DNA of 61,623 nt from a virus (lineage: Duplodnaviria; Caudoviricetes), in IMG/VR virus record IMGVR_UViG_3300036795_000110, positions 1 through 61,623 of that record; one strand, written 5' to 3'. The translations under genes were made by a program, and so were the position numbers. The notes under the pieces were generated by a model. That model ran no database searches and was not told the origin of the DNA. It saw only the letters and a program-made list of their open reading frames with translations. This document shows, in pieces, positions 10,325-20,239 of the stretch (position 1 is its first letter; the number at the start of each line of letters is the position of its first letter).

Positions 10325-11623
10325 CTAGAAAATGGGAATTGCGTTGGACAGGGTGACCTTGAGCGGGCTGTAGGCCCCGGACCAGCCGGTGGCCGTGACC
10401 GAGTTCCGGGTACTGGCGGTAGCCGTGGTCTTGAACCCGACCTCGTAGCCGAACAGCGACCGGCCCGGCTGGATCTTCGAGGTGTCGAAGTCGCAGAACG
10501 GGATATCGAACTGGACCGCCTGGTACAGCGGGCTGGAGGTAGCCAGGCCGTTCGAGGCGATGATCTGCAGCTGCGGCTGGGTGTTCTGGAGCATGTACAG
10601 CAGCGCGGTCTCGTCGGTGGCCGGGGAGAAGGTCAGTTTCCCGGTGACGCCCAGCTTGCCCCGGCCGATGACGAACGGGTTCTGGGACCCGTCGTTGGTG
10701 AAGAACGGCTCGACCTGCCGGTTGATCGTCACCGCCCACTCACTGATGTTGAAGATCTGGGCCAGCGATCCGGTAGTGGCGATGTTGACGATCGAGTTGA
10801 AGTCCGGGTAGGCGTGGACGCCGGATATGCTGGCCGTGGGCGGGGAGGCCGCGATCGAGCCCACGAAGCTGGTCAGGTTGCCGTTCCACTCCAGCAGCTT
10901 CTCACTGTTACCGGTGAAGGTCAGCGCCGAGTGGCACCCGTAGGCGTACTGCCGGGCCAGGCCCGTCGCCGGGACCTGGGTCCGGTCCGTCCAGCAGTGG
11001 GTGGGGGGCTGGCCGAAGTTGGTGTAGTTGCCCGCCCCGACGAACGAGCTGTTCAGCAGCGAGAAAACGTGGCTGTAGGTCCCGGCCGCCACCGTCGTGT
11101 TGGTCACCGCGGCGGCCGAAGCGTGGGCGATCCGGATCGGGGTAGCGGCGTTCAGCGTGATCGAGGTCGAGGCCCCGGACAGGACGGTAACGATCTCCTG
11201 GGACCCGGCCGCCCCCACGAGGATCTGCATGCCGACCGTGAACGAGGTGCCGGCCGCTACAGTGAGCGTGGTCGCGCCGGGAATAACCGGGGCGGTGAGC
11301 GTGGTCGATGGGGTGGCCGAGGGCGCAAACTGGGTATAGTCGCCCAGGATGTTGTAAACCGAGTGGCCCACCATGTCCACGTAGACGGGGCCGCCCACCG
11401 TCGTGTCCGCGATCAGCGGACCCTGGAGGAAGTCGTACATCTCGGCCATCGAGCCGCGCAGCGAGCTGTCCGGCAGCCAGATCGGCTTGTCCTCGGGCTC
11501 GAAGTTGACCACCGGGAACGTGGTACCGGTGGTACCCGGGACGGTACCGGGGACGGCCTCGCGGATGACGTTTACAAACCGCTCTTCGGTGGGGAAGATC
11601 GTGCTCGGCACTGCGGGCGGCAT
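10325..11623 (-). CDS. Major tail (tube) protein
   Basis: 432 aa, beta-rich, upstream of the chaperone; includes an inserted TTLTAPVIPGATTLTVAAG...HA domain. Confidence 0.82.
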   Translation of the reverse strand: MPPAVPSTIFPTEERFVNVIREAVPGTVPGTTGTTFPVVNFEPEDKPIWLPDSSLRGSMAEMYDFLQGPLIADTTVGGPVYVDMVGHSVYNILGDYTQFAPSATPSTTLTAPVIPGATTLTVAAGTSFTVGMQILVGAAGSQEIVTVLSGASTSITLNAATPIRIAHASAAAVTNTTVAAGTYSHVFSLLNSSFVGAGNYTNFGQPPTHCWTDRTQVPATGLARQYAYGCHSALTFTGNSEKLLEWNGNLTSFVGSIAASPPTASISGVHAYPDFNSIVNIATTGSLAQIFNISEWAVTINRQVEPFFTNDGSQNPFVIGRGKLGVTGKLTFSPATDETALLYMLQNTQPQLQIIASNGLATSSPLYQAVQFDIPFCDFDTSKIQPGRSLFGYEVGFKTTATASTRNSVTATGWSGAYSPLKVTLSNAIPIF

Positions 11624-11874
11624 TAGCTAGCCTCCTCCTGGCTGCCGTCCCCTGTGCCTGGGAGCGGTGGAACTGAAGGTATGTCCGGCGGGGTGTGGCC
11701 CTCGCCGTTACCGTAAGGGTACCAGAACCCGTCGTCGGGGGGCGACTCTTCCCCGAAGTCGATAACCTCGCCCGGGTCGGCCTGGAGTACGCCCGGCCCC
11801 TCGGGGTGCTGGCGATGGGGATAGGTCCGGGTACTGCCGAACCCCTCATAGATGAACTTCATGCCTGTATCCAC
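11623..11874 (-). CDS. Hypothetical virion-module protein
   Basis: Fills the operon and is coupled to its neighbours. Confidence 0.6.
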   Translation of the reverse strand: MDTGMKFIYEGFGSTRTYPHRQHPEGPGVLQADPGEVIDFGEESPPDDGFWYPYGNGEGHTPPDIPSVPPLPGTGDGSQEEAS

Positions 11875-12383
11875 TCCTCCACTGGGGCCGTGATCTGGGC
11901 GTCGTACCGGTTGTACCGCTGGCTGGCGGTTGACCGCAGCGGGGCATATTCATAGTCCATGTTCTTGCCCAGGTCTACCAGCTGGCTGGCCTGGGCCGAG
12001 GCCGGGTTCTCGATCGTCATCGGCATCTGCGTGGTCCTGAGGATGTTCATCACCGCGTCGATTACCAGCGGGAAAGACACGTCCTGCTCGGGGTCCATGT
12101 TGTCGTCGAACCAGGTGAGCCAGATCGACACGCTATGAGACTGCAGCTTCCAGCCGGCCGGGGCCGCAGCGGAGTACGGAGTCATCCCGGCCGGGGGCTT
12201 CGATCGCGGGCCGCTGTTGCGGCGCTCGCTGCCACGCGAGGTCCAGATGTAGGCGTGGGGGCGGTCGTTCTGTAGCTCGGGGTTGGGCGGGCTGACCAGG
12301 GCCACCAGGTTACCGGCGTTGCCGGGAACGGACTGGCCGTCTAGGACCTGCTTGACGTAGGCCAGCGTGGACGACAGCGGCAT
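11859..12383 (-). CDS. Putative tail terminator / neck protein
   Basis: ATG 12383 overlaps the adaptor stop (MPLSSTLAYVKQVL...); position just before the major tail gene. Confidence 0.6.
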   Translation of the reverse strand: MPLSSTLAYVKQVLDGQSVPGNAGNLVALVSPPNPELQNDRPHAYIWTSRGSERRNSGPRSKPPAGMTPYSAAAPAGWKLQSHSVSIWLTWFDDNMDPEQDVSFPLVIDAVMNILRTTQMPMTIENPASAQASQLVDLGKNMDYEYAPLRSTASQRYNRYDAQITAPVEEWIQA

Positions 12384-13336
12384 CAGATCACCCGCGCGTA
12401 GGTCTTGACGGCATCGAAGGCCCACTGCCGCAGCTTGTCCGGGGTAACCGGTCCGCCGTCCCCTCCCCCGCCCCCCGACATGGACTGGACCGTCGTAGCC
12501 GTGGCACCGCGCTCCAGGGCCATCGCGGAGCACAGGTCGATGCACGCGTTTATCACGCTGGTCGGCAGCGTGGTAACCAGGGTCCCGGCGTCGTGCGGCC
12601 AGGACAGCGGGGAGCTGAGAGTTAGCGTACCCGGGCCGGTGGTCACGCTGGAGGCCACGCAGTTTACGACCTCCTGCTGCATCCCGTCGTAGACGATACC
12701 GGTAGCCCCTCCGCCCGGGTCCTCCGGGTCGTACAGGGAAGGCGCCCAGCCGGTGCAATCGTCCACGCTGATGGTAGTGGCGCCCTCGTCCGCCGCGGCG
12801 GTAATGGAGGTGTGCGGCCAGCCGTTGATGTAGACGATCTGGATACGCCAGCCGTTGCGGCCCTGCCACCAGTTGATTACGCCCGGGGCCAGCAGGACGG
12901 CCTGGCCGCCCTCGGCCGCATCCGCGGCCTGGCTGGCGCCGAACAGGCCCAGCGGGGGCTTCTCGATGTCCAGCTGGCTGGCGGCAATGGTGGTCCACTG
13001 CCGGGGGAACTGGAACGCCGGGCTGACCTTGGCCGAGATAACCTGCAGGATCGGCCAGCGGGAGCACATCACCCGTCCCACGCCGGTCTGGTTCTGGACG
13101 GTAACGAGCCAGTCCGGGCCGTTGAAGAACTCGACGTCCTGGGTCGCCCGGAGGGGCTGGTTGGCTGCGCCGTTGATCAGGCTGGTAGCGCGCAGGCACA
13201 TATTCGCCTGCTCGGCCTGCTGCTCGATCGGGCTGGACCGGTTGTTGGGAATCGTGGTCCAGTCGATACCGGTCGGCGCCCGGCGGAGCAGATCAGGGGT
13301 TAGGTACGCCGTGCCCGGACCCGTGAGTGCGGCCAA
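12383..13336 (-). CDS. Head-to-tail adaptor-like protein
   Basis: YLTPDLL at the N-terminus, RATSLINGAANQPL, YINGW, LPTSVINACIDL; typical position. Confidence 0.72.
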   Translation of the reverse strand: MAALTGPGTAYLTPDLLRRAPTGIDWTTIPNNRSSPIEQQAEQANMCLRATSLINGAANQPLRATQDVEFFNGPDWLVTVQNQTGVGRVMCSRWPILQVISAKVSPAFQFPRQWTTIAASQLDIEKPPLGLFGASQAADAAEGGQAVLLAPGVINWWQGRNGWRIQIVYINGWPHTSITAAADEGATTISVDDCTGWAPSLYDPEDPGGGATGIVYDGMQQEVVNCVASSVTTGPGTLTLSSPLSWPHDAGTLVTTLPTSVINACIDLCSAMALERGATATTVQSMSGGGGGDGGPVTPDKLRQWAFDAVKTYARVI

Positions 13337-13369
13337 CGTTTATCACCCCTGATCTGCTCCTGGCCCGGA

Positions 13370-13588
13370 CTACTTGACGATATTGCCGGCCGCGTCTTCC
13401 ACGTCCTTGATGACGGTCTGCTCGACGGACTGGACGGCGCCGGCGGGCAGGTACTTCTCCAGATCCGCCTGCGCCTCGTGGGCCAGAGCGGCCAGCTTGC
13501 CGTACCAGCCGTGGGCCACCGTCGCGGCAGTCGCCAGCGGGTTCTCCGTCGCGGCGGGGGCCGGGTCCGGGGTGGTGGGAGTGCTCAT
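13370..13588 (-). CDS. Hypothetical protein
   Basis: RBS (AAAGGCACAG) plus ATG; operon context. Confidence 0.65.
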   Translation of the reverse strand: MSTPTTPDPAPAATENPLATAATVAHGWYGKLAALAHEAQADLEKYLPAGAVQSVEQTVIKDVEDAAGNIVK

Positions 13589-13600
13589 ATCTGTGCCTTT

Positions 13601-14146
13601 CTACTGGTGGTCTACCTCGTGCTCGGCGTGCCTGGCCACGAGGTCCTCTTTGGTACCGCCGACCGATAGGCCGCGGTCTCTTGCCAGGTCCTTCAGTTCC
13701 GGCTTGCCCAGGGCCGAATAGTTGCCCTTGGCCGCCTGCACCAGGGCGTCCCGGTCCCGTGCCCCGTCCCCGGCTCCCGGTGACACGGGGGCGGTCTCGG
13801 AGCCCGTGATCGCTATGTCGGTAGGGTCGATGTCCGGACGGGCGTCCAGGACCGCTCCCTGGCGTGCGCGGACTGCCTCCTGCGCCATCTGGATCTCGGC
13901 CTGGCGCTGGGCCGCCTGGGCAATCTCCAGGGTCTCCCGGTCCGCCTCTTCCTCGTCCGGAGTGCGGGGGATCCGGTAGCGGCTGGCGCTCCAGCGGTGG
14001 TCGCCCGCCAGCGCAGCCACGCAAGGTTCGCAGTCGATGCCCCAGATGGGGATCGGGCTGCCATCTACCTTGGTCGGCCGGCGGTGGGTCGGGCCGCCAC
14101 CGTGGCAGGTCTGTGCCTGAATGTCGTTCCTTGCGTAGAGGACCAT
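13601..14146 (-). CDS. Protein with an N-terminal Cys/His cluster and a C-terminal SAP/HeH DNA-binding motif
   Basis: C-x-H...CEPC; YSALGKPELKDLARDRGLSVGGTKEDLVAR fits the SAP consensus. Confidence 0.75.
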   Translation of the reverse strand: MVLYARNDIQAQTCHGGGPTHRRPTKVDGSPIPIWGIDCEPCVAALAGDHRWSASRYRIPRTPDEEEADRETLEIAQAAQRQAEIQMAQEAVRARQGAVLDARPDIDPTDIAITGSETAPVSPGAGDGARDRDALVQAAKGNYSALGKPELKDLARDRGLSVGGTKEDLVARHAEHEVDHQ

Positions 14147-14156
14147 ACGGCTTCCC

Positions 14157-14444
14157 TCACTGTGCTTGCTGCGTGGGGCCGGTGCACTTTGGGCAGCGGT
14201 CGCTCCACGCCTGCGCCAGGAACCTGCAGGCCGCACACCAGCGGCCCTTGCGGGTGCCTAGGTTGAACCCCCGCCGGGTGGTGATCGTACCGGCCTTAGC
14301 GGCGGTGCTGTTCTCCACAAACGGGATGTACTCGTCCGGGACATCGACCCGGCCGCCGGGCCTGGAGTTGATGTCCTTGCCGCCCGGCATCTGCAGGCCG
14401 TAGCAGCCGTCCGGCATCTGGATCGTAGTCTCGCCCTGTGCCAT
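14157..14444 (-). CDS. Small zinc-ribbon protein
   Basis: CAAC...CPKC. Confidence 0.65.
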   Translation of the reverse strand: MAQGETTIQMPDGCYGLQMPGGKDINSRPGGRVDVPDEYIPFVENSTAAKAGTITTRRGFNLGTRKGRWCAACRFLAQAWSDRCPKCTGPTQQAQ

Positions 14445-14454
14445 GGCGGACCCC

Positions 14455-14802
14455 CTAGACCGTCACCAGGGCGGTGGCCTTGCCACCGGCCACTGGGGTG
14501 GTCACGATCGCGCGGGCGTGGGTAGCGCCCACCACGCCGGTAGCTGCGGTCAAAGTAGCCCCCCCGCCCGCGGCCACGTTCACCGGAGTTGCGCTGGCCG
14601 ACCAGGTGATGCCGTTCACTCCGGCCACGCCCAGCTGGAGCGCGACAGCGCCGGCGGTGATCCCGGCCTCCCCGGCGACTGCTCCATGGACAGTGGGGGT
14701 GATGGCCGGTCCGGTAGCGATGCCCAGCTGGGCCGCCAGGTCCACGGTCTGGCCGATGCCGTTCACGGCGTTGTCCAGGTCGTCGACGATGATCGTACTC
14801 AT
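14455..14802 (-). CDS. Hypothetical Ala/Gly/Thr-rich virion protein
   Basis: Operon position after the MCP. Confidence 0.6.
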   Translation of the reverse strand: MSTIIVDDLDNAVNGIGQTVDLAAQLGIATGPAITPTVHGAVAGEAGITAGAVALQLGVAGVNGITWSASATPVNVAAGGGATLTAATGVVGATHARAIVTTPVAGGKATALVTV

Positions 14803-14823
14803 GACTTTATGCTCCGCTCTGGC

Positions 14824-15186
14824 TCATGGCGCGGCGTCCACCCACGCGCTTACGGTGCCCCCGACAAACGCCGTGCTGACCGAGGCCCGGACGTACCGGG
14901 CCGGGACCGGCGGGCTGGCCGAGGGAAGTGGCGACGTGCCCGGGGCGGAAAAGGTCACCGGAGCGCCGATCGCGTACCACGTCACGCCGTCGAGGCTGCC
15001 CTGGAGCTGGACCGCACCAGCGGTAACGCCGGTTCCGGCCGTGGCCACCCCGCACGGGTAGGCGCGCGGCATGGGCGAGGTCCCGGGAACCGGGCTGGCC
15101 ACCAGCGAGAACGGCTCGACGATGCCGAAGTCGGCCGCGGCGCCGTTGGCGCCGAGGGCAGACGCGTTGCTCAGGGACTGGATCAC
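14824..15186 (-). CDS. Putative capsid decoration / beta-sandwich protein
   Basis: VQLQGSLDGVTWY...ARYVRA pattern. Confidence 0.6.
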   Translation of the reverse strand: MIQSLSNASALGANGAAADFGIVEPFSLVASPVPGTSPMPRAYPCGVATAGTGVTAGAVQLQGSLDGVTWYAIGAPVTFSAPGTSPLPSASPPVPARYVRASVSTAFVGGTVSAWVDAAP

Positions 15187-15452
15187 GTGGCCTGGACTCC
15201 GGCGCTGATCTGGGCCGTGGCCACGGTACCGGTGCCAGCGATCGCGTAGAGGGGAGCGCCGTTCTTGAAGGTCTTGAGTTCGGACCCGGGCGGGAACGGT
15301 GCCCCGGTACTGGCGGTAACGCCGCTGGTCTGGCCCAGGTACATCGTGCCCGGCCCGGCGTTGTTGATCTCCTGGTTCTCCAGCGTCGAGGAGGGCAGGC
15401 GCAGCGCGACAGCCGCTCCCGCAACTACCTCGACGACGAACTTGTCAGCCAC
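15183..15452 (-). CDS. Putative capsid decoration protein
   Basis: INNAGPGTMYLG...VTASTGAPFPPG...LYAIA; immediately after the MCP. Confidence 0.6.
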   Translation of the reverse strand: MADKFVVEVVAGAAVALRLPSSTLENQEINNAGPGTMYLGQTSGVTASTGAPFPPGSELKTFKNGAPLYAIAGTGTVATAQISAGVQAT

Positions 15453-15522
15453 GCTGGGCTCCTCTCTAGCGGGGCCGGACCGGGGGACCAGCCGGCACAG
15501 TGGCCAGTCCCCCGGGGCTCCG

Positions 15523-17445
15523 TTAGCTGTACGGGGTGGTGTCGTGCGCCTGCAGGCCCGTGAGGATCCCGCAGTACATCGGAGCGTTGCAGAGCATCGC
15601 CCCGTACATGAACATCGAGTAGCGGAACGTCGGGTCGATGACCGGCCAGGACACCGACAGGTAGTCCTGGACCATGACCATTTCCCAGATGTTGGAAACG
15701 TTGGACCAGGAGTACGGGACGGTGTACGACATCGCTGCGGCAGTACCCTGCGGCCACCACGGGTGGACCAGCAGCTTGAGGATGTCGCGGGAGAACGGGT
15801 TTACGTACTGCGAGACGGCTGCGCCCGCAATGACGTTGTTGACCTGGTTCTGGTCGATCTTGATCTGGTAGTTGTTGGCCTGGCCCGACTGAACGATATC
15901 GTTCGACAGGTTCATGATGTCGGTGGAGTTGCCGACCAGCTCGGCCGGGGACGCCTTGAAGGCGCCGAACCCGGTACCGTACTGGGCCGACCCGTTCCAC
16001 AGGCCGTTGAGCATGTTGTTCAGGGCCGGGATCGACAGGTGCGAGCCAACCTGCGCCTGGTAGTACCCCGCCTGCCAGCCCACCCCGGTCGGGTAGTTGC
16101 TGCCGCCGGTCGAGGCGGCCCCGGTAAGCGTGGGGATGATGCCCAGCATCCGGTTGGCCCCGGAGGTCCCGGAGTCGGCCGTGGGCGGGAGGATGCCCGC
16201 GTTGGGGACCGTGGGACCCTGCAGGGTCAGCAAGTTGCCGCCCAGACCACTGTAGAACCGGTACATTGTGGTCCGGGTCGGCAGGGTGGATGCCTGGTTG
16301 TTGACGTAGACGTTGAACCACTCGGCGCCCGGCGGGAGCGCCTGCGGGATCTTGACATCGACGACCTGCGCCGAGGTGACGGTGCCAGCATCGGCGGAGA
16401 CCGCCGAGATGATCGTCTCGCCGTACTCGTTCGCGGCGGTGACGGCAACCCAGAGATGGGACGACGCCGGAAGTGCGACCTCGTTGGTGCCGGCCGTGCG
16501 GACGGTGAGCGTGGGGGCCGTGGTCGGAGCGGTGAGGGCAATCGTGTTGCCCGCGATCATCTGGAACTCCTCGTTCAGCATGAACTCCTGAAGGAGGATC
16601 AGATTCGCCAGCGCCGAGATGTCCTCGTAGCCCTGGCCCGCGAACTGGGCCAGCCAGGACAGCGCCTCGGACATCCCGAAGAACTGGTAGGGGATGTTGA
16701 GGGGGACCGCAGACTGCAGGCCGGTGACGGGCATGTTCGTCGGGAACGTACCGCCCGGCATCTGCATCGAGCTGTTGGAGACGTCGGCCAGCGAGATGTC
16801 CACCACGCTGCCATTGCCGCCACCCGTGCCGCCACCGGTCTTCGAGCCGGAGACGCCAGTGATCACGTTGACCCGGCGGCTGGTGCCCTGGCCGGTCACG
16901 CGCGGCATCTTGTTGCGGAAGGGAGTGTAGACGGGGTAGATCAGCCGCGACGGGTTGACCAGGTCGTAGGGGACCAGGCCCTGGGTCGTGGCGGTCAGGG
17001 GTACCGACAGGTTGACGTTCTTGCCCAGCTCGCCCAGGGCCTGCTCGACCTGCTGGAGGAGGTTGGACATCCACGCGCTGGAGCCCGTGCCGGGAGCGTC
17101 CATCGCGGCCATGAAGCTGTTGAACTGTCCCAGGAAGTTGGGATTCAGTCCCTTCATGACCTTCTTGGGGTTCTTGAACGACGTGCGCACGGACTTACGC
17201 AGCGCCTTGGTGGCCTGGTAGGCCAGCATGAACGTGTCCGGGTCGTCGTCGGCCAGCGGCTCCACGCCACGAACCTTGGCGTAGCCGTAGCCCTTGACGG
17301 CCTGGGGCATGTTCTGGGCGAGTGCATCGGAGCCCCGGGTGAACCGGGTGAAGTCCTGGATCTCCAGGTCAGCGTCCGCGGTACTCGTGCCCTTGGGACG
17401 GTCGAACGTGTCCGTAGTATTCGGACGATCAAGCACAGCGACCAA
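15523..17445 (-). CDS. Major capsid protein (HK97 fold) with N-terminal delta region and Ig-like insertion
   Basis: Follows the protease/scaffold; GLVPYDL...YPVYTPFRNKMPRV, HPWWPQGT; insertion TAPTTAPTL...VAVTAANEYGET...FNVYV. Confidence 0.88.
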   Translation of the reverse strand: MVAVLDRPNTTDTFDRPKGTSTADADLEIQDFTRFTRGSDALAQNMPQAVKGYGYAKVRGVEPLADDDPDTFMLAYQATKALRKSVRTSFKNPKKVMKGLNPNFLGQFNSFMAAMDAPGTGSSAWMSNLLQQVEQALGELGKNVNLSVPLTATTQGLVPYDLVNPSRLIYPVYTPFRNKMPRVTGQGTSRRVNVITGVSGSKTGGGTGGGNGSVVDISLADVSNSSMQMPGGTFPTNMPVTGLQSAVPLNIPYQFFGMSEALSWLAQFAGQGYEDISALANLILLQEFMLNEEFQMIAGNTIALTAPTTAPTLTVRTAGTNEVALPASSHLWVAVTAANEYGETIISAVSADAGTVTSAQVVDVKIPQALPPGAEWFNVYVNNQASTLPTRTTMYRFYSGLGGNLLTLQGPTVPNAGILPPTADSGTSGANRMLGIIPTLTGAASTGGSNYPTGVGWQAGYYQAQVGSHLSIPALNNMLNGLWNGSAQYGTGFGAFKASPAELVGNSTDIMNLSNDIVQSGQANNYQIKIDQNQVNNVIAGAAVSQYVNPFSRDILKLLVHPWWPQGTAAAMSYTVPYSWSNVSNIWEMVMVQDYLSVSWPVIDPTFRYSMFMYGAMLCNAPMYCGILTGLQAHDTTPYS

Positions 17446-17448
17446 AGG

Positions 17449-19848
17449 TCAGCCCTCCTTACCGGCTGCGAGCAGGCCCTTTAGCACCTTGCGCGCGTTC
17501 TGGCGCATGGTGGGGTCTCCTCCATTGGCGAATGATCCAACAAACCGCAGATATTCATCGGTTTCAAGATCGTCGGAGCTACCAGCCCCGGCCGCCTTGT
17601 CGATGTAGCTGTGCCGGTCCACCGGACCGCCTAGCTCGGGGAGCCCGCGGTAGGGCGCCTCTAGCGGATCGGGCATCGCGCCCAGGCGCGACACCTCCTC
17701 CTCCAGGTCCCGGATCTTCCGCTGTGCCTTAGCCAGGATGCGCCGCACCTCTGGCTCCTCGGCCGCGTCCTTCCGGACCTGGTGACCCGGCTCTCCTGGA
17801 GCCGGAAGCAGATTGCCGCCCTCGCTGGCGGAGCCCATCGGTGACGGCCGGAGTCCCGTACCGCCGTCGCCCTGGGTGTAGTTGTGGCGTTCCACGTTCA
17901 TAGTGCACAGGTCCGGCCAGCCCGAGGCGACCTGCTCGTGCAGGCGCTGCATCGTGGTCATGGCCTGGCCCATCACCGCGGTGGAGGAGGTGGCCTGGCG
18001 GCCCTCGCCTGGCGACGGAGACTGGTGCCCCGCCCCGACGTACCCCCTCGTAAAGTCTGCCGCGTCCACGTGGTGCACCGGGGCACCCGGCAGCCCGCTG
18101 CCGCCCCCCGCGCTTGCGGAGAGCGACGGGTGGCCGGCCGAGACGTATCCTCGGGTAAACATGCCCGGGTCCACGTCCTGATGGGCGGCGGGACGGTCGT
18201 CGATCCCGGCCTGGAACAGGCTGGGGAACAGCTCGGGGTACGCCTTGCGGGCGTGCATCAGGATCCCCCGGTCGATCCGCTTGATGGCGCTGGCGCTCTG
18301 GGCCATATCAAGGAAGTAGTTGGCCGCGCTCAGATTGCCGTCGTTGATCGCCGCGACAGCAGCCCCCTGCAGCTCCTCGACCGGCATCGCATCCCCCACG
18401 CTCTTTAGGGCGTGGGTGCGGCGGACCTGCTTCTCCCGCAGCGCCGGGCAGACCGCGTCGTGCAGACGCTGCATGGTAGCCATCGCCGGGTCGCCCTCGG
18501 CCTTGTCCACGTGCATCCCGGCGTCGTGCTCGAAGCCCTCGGTCACTGCGCCGTCTGGCTCCCGGTGCTTGCCGGCCGGAACCGAGGTCTTGTCCTTGGC
18601 CCCGCCGGCCACCTGCGAGGGGTCCCGGCCGCCGCTGTCCCCGCGGTGAGCCCCGCCGGGGTTCGCCTTGATCGAGCGGACCAGTTCCTTGCGCTGTGCC
18701 TTGAGCAGGGCCTTGAGTGCTTTGTTCTTGGCCTTGGTGTCCGGCGGGCCGTCGTCGTCCGAGTCCGGGTCGTCGCTGGAGCTGGAGTCCGGGCCGCTGG
18801 AGTCGTCGTACTCGTCGTCGTCATCCTCGGAATCGGCGTTCTCCGCGCCGTCCTGGGCCGCGTCGGCCTTGATGACCATACCCAGCTTCTTGCCGCAGCC
18901 CTTGCACCGCTTGGCGCCGGAGTCGTTCTTGGTCTTGCACTTGAGGCAGGTCTTCATGCCATCGGCGGCGTCGGACTTGTTTGGGGTGCCGTCGTCGTCC
19001 GCGTCGGCGTCGTTTCCTGCCTTGTTTTCGCGCAGACTCTCCGGCATATCAGCGTCTCCCATACCGAACTTTCGATGGGCAATCGATCGGATGCTTGAGC
19101 GGACCTGTGCCGGGTCGTCCGCGTGGTGGGCCAGGCCAGCCGCGTCTCCCACGTCGGCCCGGTTCTTGATGGGGAACGTCTTGCCGGGGCCAGCGAAGTC
19201 GGCGTCGTCCAGGTCCGAGACGTCCCGGCCGCCGGAGTCGACGACCTTGCCGTCCTTCAGCTGGCGCTTGAACACGTTGTGGCGCAGGTAGTCGTCACGG
19301 CGCAGGTCGGCCGGGGTCGGCGGGGGAGCGCCGAACACCTTGTTAACGATCTCGGCCGGGCCGTCCTTGGCCGCCTTCACCAGCTGGAACGTGGTGTTCT
19401 TGTTGGATCCCCGGTCGACCAGGGATACCTCCCCGATCCGGCCGCCGACGATCGTCCCGCCGGGAGCCGTGGGGTCGGTGAAGGTGATCACGGGGTCCAG
19501 GATGCCGACTGAGAAGTCGCGCAAGACGCCCTTCTCGACCAGGCGCTTGGCCGTGTCCTCGACCACCAGGGCCTTGAGCCAGTGCTGGCCGCGCGCCTTG
19601 TCGACCTCCAGCGCCATCCCCTTACCCGCTGGGTACAGGAATGGGGAGTGCTGGACCCGGACGTTACCGCCGGTCTCGATCCAGTCTTGCAGGGCCTTGC
19701 CCGACCACCCGGGCTTAACCCGCTGATGGTCGGCGTCGACCGAGCCATCGGTGCACGGGCCATACACGACCAGGTCACCATCGTCTGTCCGGTCAAACTT
19801 CTCGATAGGGAAGCTGAGATGGACCTCACCCACGGCAGCAGTGGCCAC
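17449..19848 (-). CDS. HK97-type prohead protease fused to accessory and scaffold domains (799 aa)
   Basis: VYGPCT...VDADHQ, VRVQH (His), FSVG (Ser), EVSLVDRGSN; then a DUF6582-like segment, a zinc ribbon, an acidic tract and a coiled coil. Confidence 0.9.
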   Translation of the reverse strand: MATAAVGEVHLSFPIEKFDRTDDGDLVVYGPCTDGSVDADHQRVKPGWSGKALQDWIETGGNVRVQHSPFLYPAGKGMALEVDKARGQHWLKALVVEDTAKRLVEKGVLRDFSVGILDPVITFTDPTAPGGTIVGGRIGEVSLVDRGSNKNTTFQLVKAAKDGPAEIVNKVFGAPPPTPADLRRDDYLRHNVFKRQLKDGKVVDSGGRDVSDLDDADFAGPGKTFPIKNRADVGDAAGLAHHADDPAQVRSSIRSIAHRKFGMGDADMPESLRENKAGNDADADDDGTPNKSDAADGMKTCLKCKTKNDSGAKRCKGCGKKLGMVIKADAAQDGAENADSEDDDDEYDDSSGPDSSSSDDPDSDDDGPPDTKAKNKALKALLKAQRKELVRSIKANPGGAHRGDSGGRDPSQVAGGAKDKTSVPAGKHREPDGAVTEGFEHDAGMHVDKAEGDPAMATMQRLHDAVCPALREKQVRRTHALKSVGDAMPVEELQGAAVAAINDGNLSAANYFLDMAQSASAIKRIDRGILMHARKAYPELFPSLFQAGIDDRPAAHQDVDPGMFTRGYVSAGHPSLSASAGGGSGLPGAPVHHVDAADFTRGYVGAGHQSPSPGEGRQATSSTAVMGQAMTTMQRLHEQVASGWPDLCTMNVERHNYTQGDGGTGLRPSPMGSASEGGNLLPAPGEPGHQVRKDAAEEPEVRRILAKAQRKIRDLEEEVSRLGAMPDPLEAPYRGLPELGGPVDRHSYIDKAAGAGSSDDLETDEYLRFVGSFANGGDPTMRQNARKVLKGLLAAGKEG

Positions 19849-19882
19849 GGATCACCTCCAGGACCGGCCATTCATAGCCGGA

Positions 19883-19912
19883 GTATATCGGCATCGTTTG
19901 GGTTACGGCAAG
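19883..19912 (-). promoter_or_regulatory. Housekeeping-sigma promoter for the protease/MCP operon (TTGCCG-N18-TATACT)
   Basis: Minus strand TTGCCG taacccaaacgatgccga TATACT upstream of GGAGG and the GTG start. Confidence 0.6.
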
Positions 19913-20034
19913 CGGATATTCATCGTGGGCGTGCCTACCGAGATCGCCAGCGTGTTCACCCGGCCATCGACCAGGGCCAGCGCGATGGGCGGAGTAGGGT
20001 TGCTGTTCAGGACGGGCTGGCCCGCGTTAGCCAC
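19903..20034 (-). CDS. 43-aa hypothetical protein
   Basis: Manual translation VANAGQPVLNSNPTPPIALALVDGRVNTLAISVGTPTMNIRLP; fills the operon gap. Confidence 0.45.
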   Translation of the reverse strand: MANAGQPVLNSNPTPPIALALVDGRVNTLAISVGTPTMNIRLP

Positions 20035-20239
20035 TGCGCATCCAATCCGGTACAAATGCCTCGGCAATCGAGTGCCGGCCGTCCTGCGGGATATCCGAGC
20101 AGCAGGCCGGGCACGGCATCCCGGCCCCGCCGCACGGGCAGCAGGCCGGGGGCGGGGTGGCGCCCTCCCACGGCCGGTCCGGGTGATTCTCGCAGACCAC
20201 GCCGGTATCGAGGCAGCCCAGGCAGTGCAGCCCGGTCAC
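20027..20239 (-). CDS. Cys-rich zinc-finger protein
   Basis: CLGCLDTGVVCENHPDRPW...CPCGGAGMPCPACC; start overlaps the upstream stop. Confidence 0.65.
   Translation of the reverse strand: MTGLHCLGCLDTGVVCENHPDRPWEGATPPPACCPCGGAGMPCPACCSDIPQDGRHSIAEAFVPDWMRSG

Noticed and set aside
4146-17484. Long plus-strand ORFs (e.g. 4146..6308, 15265..17484) and many similar ones elsewhere
   Set aside because: They are antisense shadows of real minus-strand genes, expected at this GC content, and show no motifs or RBS.
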